Source: Myxococcales bacterium (GTDB lineage Bacteria > Myxococcota_A > Polyangia > Nannocystales > Nannocystaceae). From it: a stretch of 64,000 nt of DNA. The stretch's first letter is position 1. Each line of letters begins with the position of its first letter. Shown here in pieces: positions 52,447 through 62,533 of this stretch. The DNA lies in NCBI GenBank assembly GCA_020633295.1, contig JACKDW010000006.1, forward strand, positions 334,181-398,180, given 5' to 3'. The notes below the pieces were generated by a model. The model was not told where the DNA came from. It saw only the letters and a list, made by a program, of their open reading frames with translations, and made no database searches. The translations under genes were made by a program, and so were the position numbers.

Positions 52447-52520
52447 GCACCCATAGCTCAGATGGATAGAGCATCGGTCTTCTAAACCGACGGTCACAGG
52501 TTCGAATCCTGTTGGGTGCG
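52447..52520 (+). tRNA. tRNA-Arg (anticodon TCT)
   Basis: Acceptor gcaccca/tgggtgc, D-arm gctcagatggatagagc, anticodon loop ctTCTaa, T-arm acaggttcgaatcctgt. Confidence 0.85.
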
Positions 52521-52612
52521 CTTTTGTGCTCCCGGCGTTCGGGCCTGGGGCTCGTGTAGGACCCGACCGTCCATCAGGCCGCGGCCGAACAGCCGCTCGG
52601 GATTTGGGTCCA

Positions 52613-52660
52613 CAAAAAAGGGCGAGGCGCCCCCGGATGGGAGCGCCTCGCCGTTTTGCT
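52613..52660. terminator. Rho-independent terminator hairpin (10-bp GC stem). The T-run is on the minus strand (terminating the acidic lipoprotein gene), with a weaker T-run on the plus strand after the tRNAs
   Basis: aaaaaag-ggcgaggcgc-N12-gcgcctcgcc-gttttg. Confidence 0.55.
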
Positions 52661-52683
52661 TGGTGACTTTGTTGGATGGCGGC

Positions 52684-52983
52684 TTACTTGGCCTTGGCTT
52701 CGCCTTCGCCTTCGCCTTCGCCTTCAGCGCCGCCCTCGGCGTCGTCGCCCTCGGCCTTGGCGTCATCGCCCTCAGCCTTGGCGTCGTCGCCGGCCTTCTC
52801 GTCGCCGCCGGCCTTCTCGTCGCCGCCGGCCTTGGCGTCAGCCTCCTGCTTGGTGTCCTTCGCACCGTCCTTCGCGTCGGCTCCGGCCTTGTTGTCTTCG
52901 GTCTTCTTGTCGCCACCACACGCCGGGGCCGAAAGGGCCACGGCGGTAAGAGCGGCGAGCACGAACTTGCTGTTGAGCTTCAT
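52684..52983 (-). CDS. Small acidic low-complexity lipoprotein (Lys/Asp/Ala/Glu-rich repeats)
   Basis: MKLNSKFVLAALTAVALSAPACGG lipobox. Repeats GDEKAG x2, AEGDDAKAEGDDA, (GE)n. GGAG RBS. Strong terminator downstream. Confidence 0.6.
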   Translation of the reverse strand: MKLNSKFVLAALTAVALSAPACGGDKKTEDNKAGADAKDGAKDTKQEADAKAGGDEKAGGDEKAGDDAKAEGDDAKAEGDDAEGGAEGEGEGEGEAKAK

Positions 52984-53217
52984 GAACTGAATCTCCCTGG
53001 TGGGTTCGAGTCGTGTTGCGATGTTAAGCCAAACGCCAATCCAAGAGCAATGATCGCGTAGTTCCAGCAGGCGCACTATACGCTCTCACGCAATTGATGC
53101 GATCGCCAGGGTGCCTGTGGTTCCACTGCACACGCACGAGGTCTGCGCTCGGTTCACGTACACCGGAGCCAGCCCCGCAGCCGCCTGCCGATGGACGCTT
53201 TCGCGCGCCCGTTCGCG

Positions 53218-56178
53218 CTATCCGGATGTCGGGCCGCCGCCGGTAAACACCGGTTCCATGCCACGCAGCGGGACAAAATCGCCTTGCTCGAGCGCGGGTG
53301 CTTCGGCCAGGAGGCGCTCGCGCGCGAACCGATGATCCGAGATCAATTCACCCACCAACGCGCGCGCGACTTCGCGCGGTCGCGCGCTCGCTACCCCTGG
53401 CTGCATCCGCAGGCGAAAGCGCAGACGTTGGGCTTCGTTGTCCAGCCACGCGTCGACGATGGAGGGACGAATATTGAAGGTGACCGGGCCGCTGGCCGGC
53501 GGCGCGGACCGTCCCCGCCCCTTGCGCTTCTTGGACCGCTTCGCCGGCCGTTCGACGAGCAGCTCGTCGGCCGCGAGCTGCTCGGCGAGCCGCGGGCCGA
53601 CGCGCGCGAGCTGTTCACCGTCGAGCTGCACGCTGTAGTCGGCACCCGCCACGAGCGAGCCGGCCTTGCGTTCTCCCGGCGCGAGCACACGCAGCGTGAC
53701 GATCTCGAGTCCGGGCGGGGCGACGCGGCGAAGCCGCGAGAGCAGCTCCTCGGCCTTGGCCTGTCGATGGGCGTCCGTCCAGGCGCCGGCCATGTCCTGC
53801 GCGGAGTCCGGGAGGATGATGTCGAGATCGACGACCTCCTCGTGGGCCGCCATCCCGAGCGGCAGCGCCGGCCCGAGGCTCATGCGCGGGGTCGGGTTAA
53901 AGCCGCGCGTAAAGCCGATCTCGAGACCCGCGCGACGGAGCATCCGCGGGATTACGCGCACGAGGTCGAGATGGCCCATGAAGCACATGCTGCCGCGCTT
54001 GGCGAAGAACACGCGCACGCGGCTGAAGGGCGACTCGGCGTTCTCGCGCATCATGTGCCCGGCGTCGAGCTTGCTGGCGTTGAGCCGGCCCTTGATCGCG
54101 TCCGAGATCGCGTCCTGCTCGTCCGCGGCGGCGGCCTCCTCGCGCCGGCTCGTCAGGGCGGAAACGGGCACGATCGCCGGGGCTTCGCGCGCGAGCGCGC
54201 GCAGGGCGTCGATCCGCTCCGCGCGCATGTCGGACATATCGCAGGCGATCCCGCAGTCGTAGCAGACGAGCCGGCGCTCATCGGCCTCGGCGGCGGCCAC
54301 CGTCTTGTTGTGAACCTGGGCGCCGAAGGGCTTGCCGCAGGGGGGCGACGCGCGCCCGCGCAGCGCCTTGCGGTACTCGCTGGCGAGGAAGCCGGGCTCG
54401 AGCCCGATGTCGATGTGATCCCAGGGCAAGCGGGCGTCGACCGGGATCGTCTGGGTGTACAGCGACGGCTCGATCCCGGCCTGCTCGAGCGCGGTGAGCC
54501 AGCGCTCGAACGAGAAGCACTCGCGCCAGCCGTCGAAGCGCGCCCCGGCCCGGTAGGCGCGCTCGAGCGCCGCGCCCATGCGTCGATCGCCGCGGGCGAA
54601 CAGGCACTCGAGCCAGCTCTCCTCGCGGTTGTGGGTCTTGAGGTTGACGCGCGCGCGCTTGGCCATCTCGCGCAGCACGCTGACCTTGCTGGCGAGCTCG
54701 GGCAGCCCGTCCATGGCCGCCCACTGAAACGGGGTGTGCGGCTTGGGCACGTGCTGCGAGACGCTGCAGGTGACCGAGGGCATCCGCGACAGCTTCAGCT
54801 CGCGCGCGAGCTCGCGGACGCGGCGACCGGTCTCGATGATCCCGGCGATGTCGGCCTCCGTCTCCGTCGGCAGGCCCATGATGAAGTACATCTTGATGCG
54901 GTCGTAGCCGCGCTCGAAGATCCGCCGCGCCGAGCTCAGGATGTCCTCGTCGGAGACGTTCTTGTTGATGACGTCGCGCATCCGCTGGGTCCCGGCCTCG
55001 GGCGCGAAGGTCAGGCCGGTGATGCCGACGCTCTTGATCTCGTCGAGCAGCTCCTCGCCGAGCCCGTAGGCGCGCAGGCTCGCGACGCCGAGCTTGACCT
55101 TGCGCTTGCGCAGCTCGGGCGTGAGCGACTTGATGAGCGGATCGATGCAGGAGACGTCCGCGGTGCTGAGCGCGGTCAGGCTGGTCTCGGCGTAGCCCGC
55201 GTTGTCGACCCCCTCGAGGATCGCGGCCTTGATCGCCTCCGGCGCGCGCTCGCGGACGGGGCGATAGATGATGCCCGCCTGGCAGAACCGGCAGCCCTCG
55301 GTGCAGCCGCGCGTGATCTCGACGGCCGCGCGCTCGAAGATCGCCTCGGCGTAGGGCACGGGGAACTGCGTCGGGAACGGGTACGCGTCGAGATCCCGCA
55401 CCCACACGCGGCCGATTCGCGTGGGAGCGTCGGCCGCCTGCCCGTCCTCGCTGAGCCCCGCGACGTACTGCAGCCCGGAGCGCTCATCGAGGGCCACCCG
55501 GTAGAATTGCGGCACGTAGACGCCCGGGAGGCGCGCGCACGCGGCCAGGATCTCGAGCCGCGGCCGGTCCTCGCGGCGCAGGCGACCGATGGTCCGCAGC
55601 AGCGTGGGCAGGACCTCCTCGGCCTCGCCAACCAGGAAGATGTCGATGAAGTCGGCGAGCGGCTCGGGGTGCGTGGCCGTGGGTCCGCCGGCGATGACGA
55701 CCGGCTCGCGTCCGCGTCGCTCGCTCGCGCGCAGCGGGATCCCGCCCAGCTCGAGGTTGAGCAGCACGTTCGTGTAGCTCAGCTCGTACTGCAGGCTCAC
55801 GCCGACCGCGTCGAACTCGCGCAGCGGCAGGTGATTCTCGAGGCTGACGAGCGGCAGATCGCGGGCGCGCAGCTCGGCCTCGAGGTCGCCCCAGGGGCTG
55901 AACGCGCGCTCGCAGGCGAGATCCTCGGCCTGGTTGATCAGGTTGTAGATGATCTTGGTGCCGAGGTGGCTCATGCCGACCTCGTAGAGGTCCGGGAACG
56001 CGAGCACGAAGCGGCAGGTAAGCGGCGCGTCCAGGGGCTTGCGGATCTGCTGCTCTTCGCCCCCGAGGTAGCGCCCGGGTTTCTGCATACGCGCGAGGAA
56101 CTCGGCGTAGGGGTGGCCCGCGTGGATGTCGCCGGCGGGCGGCTCCGCGCGGCTCTGGGCTGATCTGGCTCCCGACAT
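53218..56178 (-). CDS. B12-binding radical SAM protein (TIGR03960-like) fused to C-terminal DUF2344/TIGR03936-like domain (986 aa)
   Basis: CTEGCRFCQAG radical-SAM CxxxCxxC. N-terminal B12-binding-like region. C-terminal ~250 aa resembles the radical-SAM-associated DUF2344 protein usually encoded by a separate adjacent gene. Confidence 0.8.
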   Translation of the reverse strand: MSGARSAQSRAEPPAGDIHAGHPYAEFLARMQKPGRYLGGEEQQIRKPLDAPLTCRFVLAFPDLYEVGMSHLGTKIIYNLINQAEDLACERAFSPWGDLEAELRARDLPLVSLENHLPLREFDAVGVSLQYELSYTNVLLNLELGGIPLRASERRGREPVVIAGGPTATHPEPLADFIDIFLVGEAEEVLPTLLRTIGRLRREDRPRLEILAACARLPGVYVPQFYRVALDERSGLQYVAGLSEDGQAADAPTRIGRVWVRDLDAYPFPTQFPVPYAEAIFERAAVEITRGCTEGCRFCQAGIIYRPVRERAPEAIKAAILEGVDNAGYAETSLTALSTADVSCIDPLIKSLTPELRKRKVKLGVASLRAYGLGEELLDEIKSVGITGLTFAPEAGTQRMRDVINKNVSDEDILSSARRIFERGYDRIKMYFIMGLPTETEADIAGIIETGRRVRELARELKLSRMPSVTCSVSQHVPKPHTPFQWAAMDGLPELASKVSVLREMAKRARVNLKTHNREESWLECLFARGDRRMGAALERAYRAGARFDGWRECFSFERWLTALEQAGIEPSLYTQTIPVDARLPWDHIDIGLEPGFLASEYRKALRGRASPPCGKPFGAQVHNKTVAAAEADERRLVCYDCGIACDMSDMRAERIDALRALAREAPAIVPVSALTSRREEAAAADEQDAISDAIKGRLNASKLDAGHMMRENAESPFSRVRVFFAKRGSMCFMGHLDLVRVIPRMLRRAGLEIGFTRGFNPTPRMSLGPALPLGMAAHEEVVDLDIILPDSAQDMAGAWTDAHRQAKAEELLSRLRRVAPPGLEIVTLRVLAPGERKAGSLVAGADYSVQLDGEQLARVGPRLAEQLAADELLVERPAKRSKKRKGRGRSAPPASGPVTFNIRPSIVDAWLDNEAQRLRFRLRMQPGVASARPREVARALVGELISDHRFARERLLAEAPALEQGDFVPLRGMEPVFTGGGPTSG

Positions 56179-56343
56179 GACGATGCGTCAGGTTGTGCCA
56201 TACCCGCCCGGATCTGGCCACGCTCGCCAGCGGCGCTGGGTCACACGGGCGGCCGGCCGGGCGGCCGCAACGCGGAGAGTCTCTGTCCACGACGCCTCGC
56301 GCAGCCCTTGCGCGGCTCCAGCCCGAGCTTATTGTGAACAGCG

Positions 56344-57324
56344 GTGAAGGACCTCTATCAATCGCTTGGCGTCAACCGCGACGCGTCGAAGACCGACATC
56401 AAGAAGGCCTTCCGCAAGCTCACGCAGCAGTTCCACCCCGACAAGAACCCCGGGGACGCGAAGGCCGAGGAGCGCTTCAAGGAGGTCTCCACGGCCTACG
56501 AGGTGCTCGGCGACGAGGACAAGCGCAAGCTCTACGACGAGTTCGGCGAGATGAGCTTGACCCAGGGTTTCGACCCCGAGCGCGCGCGCGCGTACAAGCA
56601 GGCGCGCAGCGGGTTCGGCGGCCGCGGGGGCGCTGGCGGGTTCCCGGGCGGCAACTTCTCGAGCTTCGGCGACGCGCGCGGGACCAACTTCGACGACCTC
56701 CTCTCACAGCTGTTCGGCGGCGGGCAAGTGCGCGACGCCGACGACCTGCTCGGCAACGTGCGGGGCCGCCGGCGGCGAACCACCCACGACATCGAGGGCG
56801 AGATCACCGTGAGCTTCACGGACGCGCTGTTCGGGACCACCGTGCCGCTGCAGGTCACCTCGAGCGGCGGCGGCAGCAAGCGCACCCTCGACGTGCGCGT
56901 GCCCCAGGGGATGCGCGACGGCGGCAAGCTGCGCCTGCGCGGTCAGGGCGGCGGCGATCCGGCGGGCGACATCCTGCTGACCGTCAAGGTCCGCGGCCAC
57001 CGCCTGCTGCGGCGCGAGGGCGACAACCTGCACATGGAGCTGCCCGTGACCGCGCTCGAGGCCTATCGCGGGGGCAAGATCGACGTGCCGACGCCGTGGG
57101 GCCCGGTCACGCTCAAGCTCCCGGCCGGGGCCCAGAGCGGGCAGCAGGTCCGGCTCAAGGGGCGCGGCGTCAAGCAGGCCCGCAAGCCCGACGGCGACCT
57201 GATGCTGACGCTCTCGGTCAAGCTCCCGGCCAAGGGCGACGAGCAGCTGCTCGCCGCGCTCGAGCGCCTGCAGCAGGATCAGGACCTGCGCGAGAACCTG
57301 GTCCTCGAGCAAGCTGAGACGTAG
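56344..57324 (+). CDS. DnaJ-class co-chaperone lacking zinc finger (CbpA-like, type II)
   Basis: J-domain with HPDKN. G/F-rich region. Two C-terminal substrate-binding domains. No CxxCxGxG repeats. Confidence 0.85.
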   Translation: MKDLYQSLGVNRDASKTDIKKAFRKLTQQFHPDKNPGDAKAEERFKEVSTAYEVLGDEDKRKLYDEFGEMSLTQGFDPERARAYKQARSGFGGRGGAGGFPGGNFSSFGDARGTNFDDLLSQLFGGGQVRDADDLLGNVRGRRRRTTHDIEGEITVSFTDALFGTTVPLQVTSSGGGSKRTLDVRVPQGMRDGGKLRLRGQGGGDPAGDILLTVKVRGHRLLRREGDNLHMELPVTALEAYRGGKIDVPTPWGPVTLKLPAGAQSGQQVRLKGRGVKQARKPDGDLMLTLSVKLPAKGDEQLLAALERLQQDQDLRENLVLEQAET

Positions 57325-57552
57325 CGGGCCCGCGCGCCGGCACAGCGCGTCGTCGCGCGCGCGGCCCCGTCGCGCGCGCTCGGCTGGTGCTCCGCGCATG
57401 TCTCTTCGGACTCACGCGAGCGGTCGCCCCCTGCCCCGCGAGCGCGCGCGCGATCGAGCGCGCTCCCCGCGGTTCAAGGACCTGCGGCGCCGACGCGCGC
57501 GCGGCCGCCGTCACGCGCGGCGACCGCGGGCGCGCGTCGCGGGCGCGCGCCG

Positions 57553-58548
57553 GTGTGCTATTCCAGGGCCGTGACCGTCCGGCTCCCGATCGTCGACGGC
57601 GCCTCGGCGCCTGCACCCTCGTCCGACGCGCCTGCGGGCAAGCGTCGTCGCCGGCACCCGAGTTGGCTCAAGGTGCCGATGCCCGCCGGCGAGGGCTACC
57701 GCGACGTCCGTCGCATGGTCAAAGAGCTCGGGCTGCACACGGTCTGCCAGAGCGCGAGCTGCCCCAACATCGGCGAGTGCTGGAACAACCGCGCGCTGAC
57801 GATCATGATCCTCGGCGAGATCTGCACGCGCTCGTGTCGGTTCTGCGACGTCGCCACGGGTCGCCCGCTGCCCGTGGATGAGGACGAGCCGCGCCGCGTC
57901 GCCGAGATGCTCGCGGCCCTCGAGCTCAGCCACACCGTGATCACCTCGGTCGACCGCGATGACCTCGCGGACGGCGGCGCGCGCATCTGGGCCGAGACCC
58001 TGCGGGCCTGCCACGAGCTCGCGCCGCGCATGACCGTCGAGGTCCTCGTGCCCGACTTCAAGGGGGCGCTCGCGGACGTCGACACGGTGCTCGACGCCAA
58101 CCCCGACGTGTTCGCCCACAACCTCGAGACCGTCCCTCGCCTCAGCCGCCAGGTCCGCGTGCAGGCCCGCTACGATCGCTCCTTCGCGGTGCTGCGGCGC
58201 GCGCGAGAGCGGGGCGCGCTGACCAAGACGGGGCTGATGCTCGGGCTCGGGGAGGAGCTCCTGGAGGTCCGCGATGTCCTCGACCAGCTCGCCGAGCTCG
58301 GCTTGACGATCCTGACCCTTGGGCAATACCTCCAGCCGAGCAAGCGCCACCTCGAGATCGCGCGCTACGTCCACCCCGACGAGTTCGCGGCGCTGGCCGA
58401 GCACGCGCGCGCTCGCGGGATCGCCCACGTCGAGAGCGGCCCGCTCGTGCGCAGCAGCTATCACGCCGAGGGCCAGGCCGAGCTGATCCACCGACTGCAG
58501 CGCGATCCCGGCCACGGGCGCGTGGGCTTCGCGTCGCTCGCCTCCTGA
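57553..58548 (+). CDS. lipA: Lipoyl synthase
   Basis: Auxiliary cluster CQSASCPNIGEC. Radical-SAM CTRSCRFC. N-terminal PSWLKVPMP. C-terminal SSY. Confidence 0.9.
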   Translation: MCYSRAVTVRLPIVDGASAPAPSSDAPAGKRRRRHPSWLKVPMPAGEGYRDVRRMVKELGLHTVCQSASCPNIGECWNNRALTIMILGEICTRSCRFCDVATGRPLPVDEDEPRRVAEMLAALELSHTVITSVDRDDLADGGARIWAETLRACHELAPRMTVEVLVPDFKGALADVDTVLDANPDVFAHNLETVPRLSRQVRVQARYDRSFAVLRRARERGALTKTGLMLGLGEELLEVRDVLDQLAELGLTILTLGQYLQPSKRHLEIARYVHPDEFAALAEHARARGIAHVESGPLVRSSYHAEGQAELIHRLQRDPGHGRVGFASLAS

Positions 58549-58751
58549 GCCCGATCGCGCGCACGCGTGTTCGCGCCCACATGCGCGGACCGAGCGGGCG
58601 GTATACCGACGCATCGCACCGCGCATTCATAACAATCCTACGGTCCTGTGGGCTGAGATTGTGGGTGCCAGCTCGCTGAGGACATTCACGGGCTTGGGGG
58701 AATTGTTATCGGCGTTCTCGACACGCAACCAGTGGAAGCTTCGAACCTCGG

Positions 58752-60527
58752 ATGGATCCGCACATGCTTGTACACGCCCGCCGCCCCTCCCCTGCGCTTT
58801 CCCTCTCCCCTGCGCTCGCGCTCCTGCTCTGCTTCGCCGCGCTGCCCGCGTGTGACGACGGCGGGCGCGACACCGCTGGCGACAGCGGCGACGGCATCAA
58901 CGTCGGCGACAGCGGCGACAGCGGTGATGACAACATGGTCCCCGAGCCAGGCGACGACGGGGACCCCGGGGAGCCCGGAGACGACGGCGCGATCGACGAG
59001 CCGACCGAGACGCTCGACCAGATCTTCGCGGCGGCGAGCAAGGAGTTCGACGTCCCCGTCGAGATCCTCAAGGCCATCTCGCTGGTCGAGACGCAGTGGC
59101 AGATGGTCGACGGCGCCGCGGAGTTCGACGGGCAGGAGCCCGGCTACGGCGTCATGGCGCTGCGCGGCTACTGGCTCGAGGAGGGCTCGGCGCGCGCGGG
59201 CGTGACCCTCGAGGAGGCCAAGACGGACGCGCTCGCCAACGTCCGCTCGGCGGCCTCGCTGCTCTCGGCGCTCGCCGACCAGGAGGGCCTCAACGACCGC
59301 ACGAACATCGCCGGCTGGGCGCCGATCGTCGCCATCATGAGCGGCATCGAGGACATCGACGCGCAGGCCAGCTACATCCACGACGAGGTCTACACCGCGC
59401 TCGCGGCCGGCTACGCGATCGAGAACGCGTCGCTCTCGCCCGTCGTCGCGCTGCCCGACTTCCAGTTCCCGCCCAAGCCCTCGGCCTCCCCCAACTACGC
59501 GGCCGCGGTCTGGCGCCCCTCGCCGAACTTCAGCTCGCGCCCCGGCGGCAGCATCGGCGAGCCGGCGATGGTCATCATCCACACCTGCGAGGGCTCGTAC
59601 AGCGGCTGCTGGAGCTGGCTCGCCAACGGCGCGTCGGGCGTCAGCGCCCACTACGTCGTCAACAACACGGGCAGCGAGATCTCGCAGCTCGTCGACGAGA
59701 GCAAGAAGGCCTGGCACATCGCCGCCAAGTACAAGTGCAGCCTCAACAACAGCCTCGACTGCTGGCGCGACGGCTACAGCAACAACAACTTCACCATCGG
59801 CATCGAGCACGCCGGCTACGCGAACCAGAACTCCTGGGACAGCGGGCTGATCCAGGCGTCGGCGAAGCTGGTCTGCGACATCACCAAGGACCAGGGCATC
59901 CCGCGCGACAAGTACCACATCGTCGGTCACGGCCAGCTGCAGCCGTACAACCGCGTCGACCCCGGCCCGAACTGGCCGTGGACGCAGTACCTCAACCTGG
60001 TCAAGAGCTACTGTGGTGAGGGACAGGCGCCGGATCCCGATCCGCAGCCCGATCCCGATCCGCAGCCCGATCCCGATCCCGATCCGCCGAACAACGGCGA
60101 CCTCTCGATCATCATCGACAGCAACAACGCGAAGAACGGCGCCGACGCGGAGATCATCGTCTCGGGCAACTGGAACGCCGCGAACTCGACGCCGGGCTAC
60201 TACAACACCGGCTACTGGTGGCAAAACACGGACTCGCGCTCCGACGCGGCGCGCTTCCGCTTCCACCTCGACCAGGCCGCGACGCTCAAGGTCGAGGGCT
60301 GGTGGACGGCCGGCACCAACCGCTCGGACGCCGCGCCCTTCGTCATGTTCAACGCCGGCGGGACCAAGCTCGGGACCAAGTACGCGAACCAGCAGATCAA
60401 CGGCAAGCAGTGGGTCGACCTGGGCACGTACAACTTCACGGCCGGCTGGAACGAGGTCGATCTCTCGATCTGGGCCGCGGCTGGCTCGGTCGTGATCGCG
60501 GACGCCGTCCGCGTGCGCACGCCGTGA
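58752..60527 (+). CDS. N-acetylmuramoyl-L-alanine amidase (Amidase_2/PGRP domain) lipoprotein with (PD)n linker and C-terminal beta-rich domain
   Basis: Lipobox ALPACDD. Asp/Gly-rich N-terminus. Amidase_2 motifs SAHYVV, GIEHAG, HGQL. Linker PDPDPQPDPDPQPDPDPDP. Confidence 0.75.
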   Translation: MDPHMLVHARRPSPALSLSPALALLLCFAALPACDDGGRDTAGDSGDGINVGDSGDSGDDNMVPEPGDDGDPGEPGDDGAIDEPTETLDQIFAAASKEFDVPVEILKAISLVETQWQMVDGAAEFDGQEPGYGVMALRGYWLEEGSARAGVTLEEAKTDALANVRSAASLLSALADQEGLNDRTNIAGWAPIVAIMSGIEDIDAQASYIHDEVYTALAAGYAIENASLSPVVALPDFQFPPKPSASPNYAAAVWRPSPNFSSRPGGSIGEPAMVIIHTCEGSYSGCWSWLANGASGVSAHYVVNNTGSEISQLVDESKKAWHIAAKYKCSLNNSLDCWRDGYSNNNFTIGIEHAGYANQNSWDSGLIQASAKLVCDITKDQGIPRDKYHIVGHGQLQPYNRVDPGPNWPWTQYLNLVKSYCGEGQAPDPDPQPDPDPQPDPDPDPPNNGDLSIIIDSNNAKNGADAEIIVSGNWNAANSTPGYYNTGYWWQNTDSRSDAARFRFHLDQAATLKVEGWWTAGTNRSDAAPFVMFNAGGTKLGTKYANQQINGKQWVDLGTYNFTAGWNEVDLSIWAAAGSVVIADAVRVRTP

Positions 60528-61690
60528 GACGCTCCCCGCGACTCGCTCGCAGCGCGTCGGCGATCCTCGCCGGCGCGTTGCTCGTTGGATGCCAGGGCGA
60601 CGCGACGCCGCGTGAGGCCCCGGCGCCCGCGCCGGCGGCAGGCCCGGTGACCGAGACGCCGCGCGCCGCGACGGAGTCCCCTTGGTGCGGCGTGATCGCG
60701 TTCGTCTCCGAGCGCGACGGCAACCCGGAGATCTACGCGCTGCGGCCAGACGGCGCGCCCGCGCGGCTCACCGAGCATCCGGCCGGGGACTTCGTCACGC
60801 CGCTCGAGGCGCCGGTCGACGGCGCGCGCGCGCTCGTGATGATCCGCGCCGAGGAGCTCCCGGGCGGCGCGCATCGCGAGCGCCTCGGGCTCCTGTCCCT
60901 CGAGGCTGGTGAACAGCCGCGCTTCATCGGTCCGCCGAGCGGCCGGCTGCGCAACCCGAGCGCCGGGCCGGGCGGCGCGTGGCTCGTGCTCGAGAGCGAC
61001 GCCCACAGCTTTCGCGACCTGTACCGCGTCGAGCTGACGGGGGCCTCCGAGGGGCGCGCGCCGCTGCGGCTGACCGACAACCTCGAGGGCAACTTCGAAC
61101 CTGCGGTCTCGCCCGACGGGCAGCGGATCGCGTTCGTCTCGAGCCGCGACGGCGACGCCGAGCTGTACCTCATGCAGGCCGACGGCTCGCGACCGCATCG
61201 CCTGACCAATAGGCCAGGTGATGACACCGCGCCGAGCTGGTCTCCCGACGGGCGCGCGCTCGCGTTCACGCGCGCCGACGCGGACGGCTCGCGCGTGTTC
61301 CTGCTCGCCCTCGAGGGCGCGGACGTGGCCGGTGAGCCACGTCCGCTGCGGTCCAGCGCCCCCGCCCGCGGTGAGGATCGCGACGTCAGCTGGTCGCCCG
61401 ACGGCGCCCGGATCGCGCTGAGCGAGGCGGCCCCGGGGCGCGCGGAGGTCGTCGTCTTCGACGTCGCGACCGGCGCCGCGCTGCGCCGCTCGGGCGCGCT
61501 CAAGATCGACGAGCAGCCGGCCTGGGCGCCGCGCGGCCCGTGGATCGCGTTCGTCTCCGATCGCGAGGGCGACGCCGAGCTGTTTCGCCTGAACGTTGAG
61601 ACTGGCGAGATCGCGCGGCTGACCCGTTCGCCAGGCGCGGACTGGCTGCCGCGCTGGCTCCCGGGTCCCGACTGCGCGGCGCCGGCGTAG
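60524..61690 (+). CDS. TolB-like periplasmic beta-propeller lipoprotein (PD40/WD40-like repeats)
   Basis: GTG start overlapping the amidase stop (GTGA). Lipobox LLVGCQG. Repeated ...PDG..IAF.S.RDG..EL. PD40 motifs. Confidence 0.75.
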   Translation: MRRSPRLARSASAILAGALLVGCQGDATPREAPAPAPAAGPVTETPRAATESPWCGVIAFVSERDGNPEIYALRPDGAPARLTEHPAGDFVTPLEAPVDGARALVMIRAEELPGGAHRERLGLLSLEAGEQPRFIGPPSGRLRNPSAGPGGAWLVLESDAHSFRDLYRVELTGASEGRAPLRLTDNLEGNFEPAVSPDGQRIAFVSSRDGDAELYLMQADGSRPHRLTNRPGDDTAPSWSPDGRALAFTRADADGSRVFLLALEGADVAGEPRPLRSSAPARGEDRDVSWSPDGARIALSEAAPGRAEVVVFDVATGAALRRSGALKIDEQPAWAPRGPWIAFVSDREGDAELFRLNVETGEIARLTRSPGADWLPRWLPGPDCAAPA

Positions 61691-61756
61691 TCAAGCGCGC
61701 GCGTCCACGGGATACTGAGGCGCGCGCGTCATGCGAGCGCGCCGGGAGAGAGACGG

Positions 61757-62533
61757 ATGCGAAGCTCACGATCGATTGCTGGGGCCCTGATGACCACCGC
61801 CGCGACCATCGGGCTCGTCACGCTGGGCGCCTGCGGGCAGCCCGCGGAGCGCGACGGTCACGGCGGCGACTACGGCCGGGCCTCGATGGGCGGCCCGGGG
61901 AGCGCGACAGGGCCCAAGGGAAAGGTCGCGGCCGAGCCGATCTCGTGGCTCGTGTCCTTCAACCGCCTGCACACGGCCGACAAGCTCGAGCAGGCGCTGA
62001 ACAAGAAGCCCGGGCAATTCAGCTCCATCGACCTCGACAACGACGGCATCGTCGATCGCCTGACGGTCCGCAAGCTCGACCACGACGGCGGGCCCGCCTT
62101 CGAGCTGACCGCGCGCGCGAGCGGGGGCAAGCAGCAGGTGGTCTCGACGCTGCTGTTTGACGACTCGTGGGACTTCCTCGGCAGCTACAACGGCGCGATG
62201 CCCGGGGCGCCGCCGCTGCCTGCGGTCGCGGCCGCGCCAGCGGCCCCCCCCGCGGTCGCGGCCGCCCCGCCCCTGTCGCCGCCCCGCCCGCGGCTGCGGC
62301 CCGGCTGTCGCCGCGGCGCCGACGCTCGGGAGCAGCCGCGACCACTCGAAGGACCTCGCCATGGAGCCCATCTCGTGGCTCGTGCGCTTCAACAAGCTGC
62401 ACAGCGCGTCGGCGATCGAGCAGGCGATCAACGGCACGCCCGGCCAGTTCAGCAAGGTCGACACCAACACCGACGGCACGCCGGACTACATCGCGGTGGC
62501 CGAGAAGTCGCGGGACGACGGCCGCGCCTTTGA
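61757..62533 (+). CDS. Lipoprotein carrying copy 1 of a ~90-aa domain; the reading frame runs into an aberrant Arg-rich tail beyond the Pro/Ala linker (probable frameshift)
   Basis: Lipobox LVTLGACG. Domain EPISWLVSFNRLHTADKLEQALNKKPGQFSSIDLDNDG...LLFDDSWDFLGSYNG, then (PA)-rich linker and a C8 homopolymer at ~62244-62251. Confidence 0.45.
   Translation: MRSSRSIAGALMTTAATIGLVTLGACGQPAERDGHGGDYGRASMGGPGSATGPKGKVAAEPISWLVSFNRLHTADKLEQALNKKPGQFSSIDLDNDGIVDRLTVRKLDHDGGPAFELTARASGGKQQVVSTLLFDDSWDFLGSYNGAMPGAPPLPAVAAAPAAPPAVAAAPPLSPPRPRLRPGCRRGADAREQPRPLEGPRHGAHLVARALQQAAQRVGDRAGDQRHARPVQQGRHQHRRHAGLHRGGREVAGRRPRL

Noticed and set aside
52159-52497. 112-aa minus ORF
   Set aside because: Overlaps both tRNA genes. 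Spurious.
52355-52520. tRNA pair as integration site of a genomic island
   Set aside because: No integrase, direct-repeat copy of a tRNA 3' end, or compositional island was seen downstream. The following genes are ordinary chromosomal.
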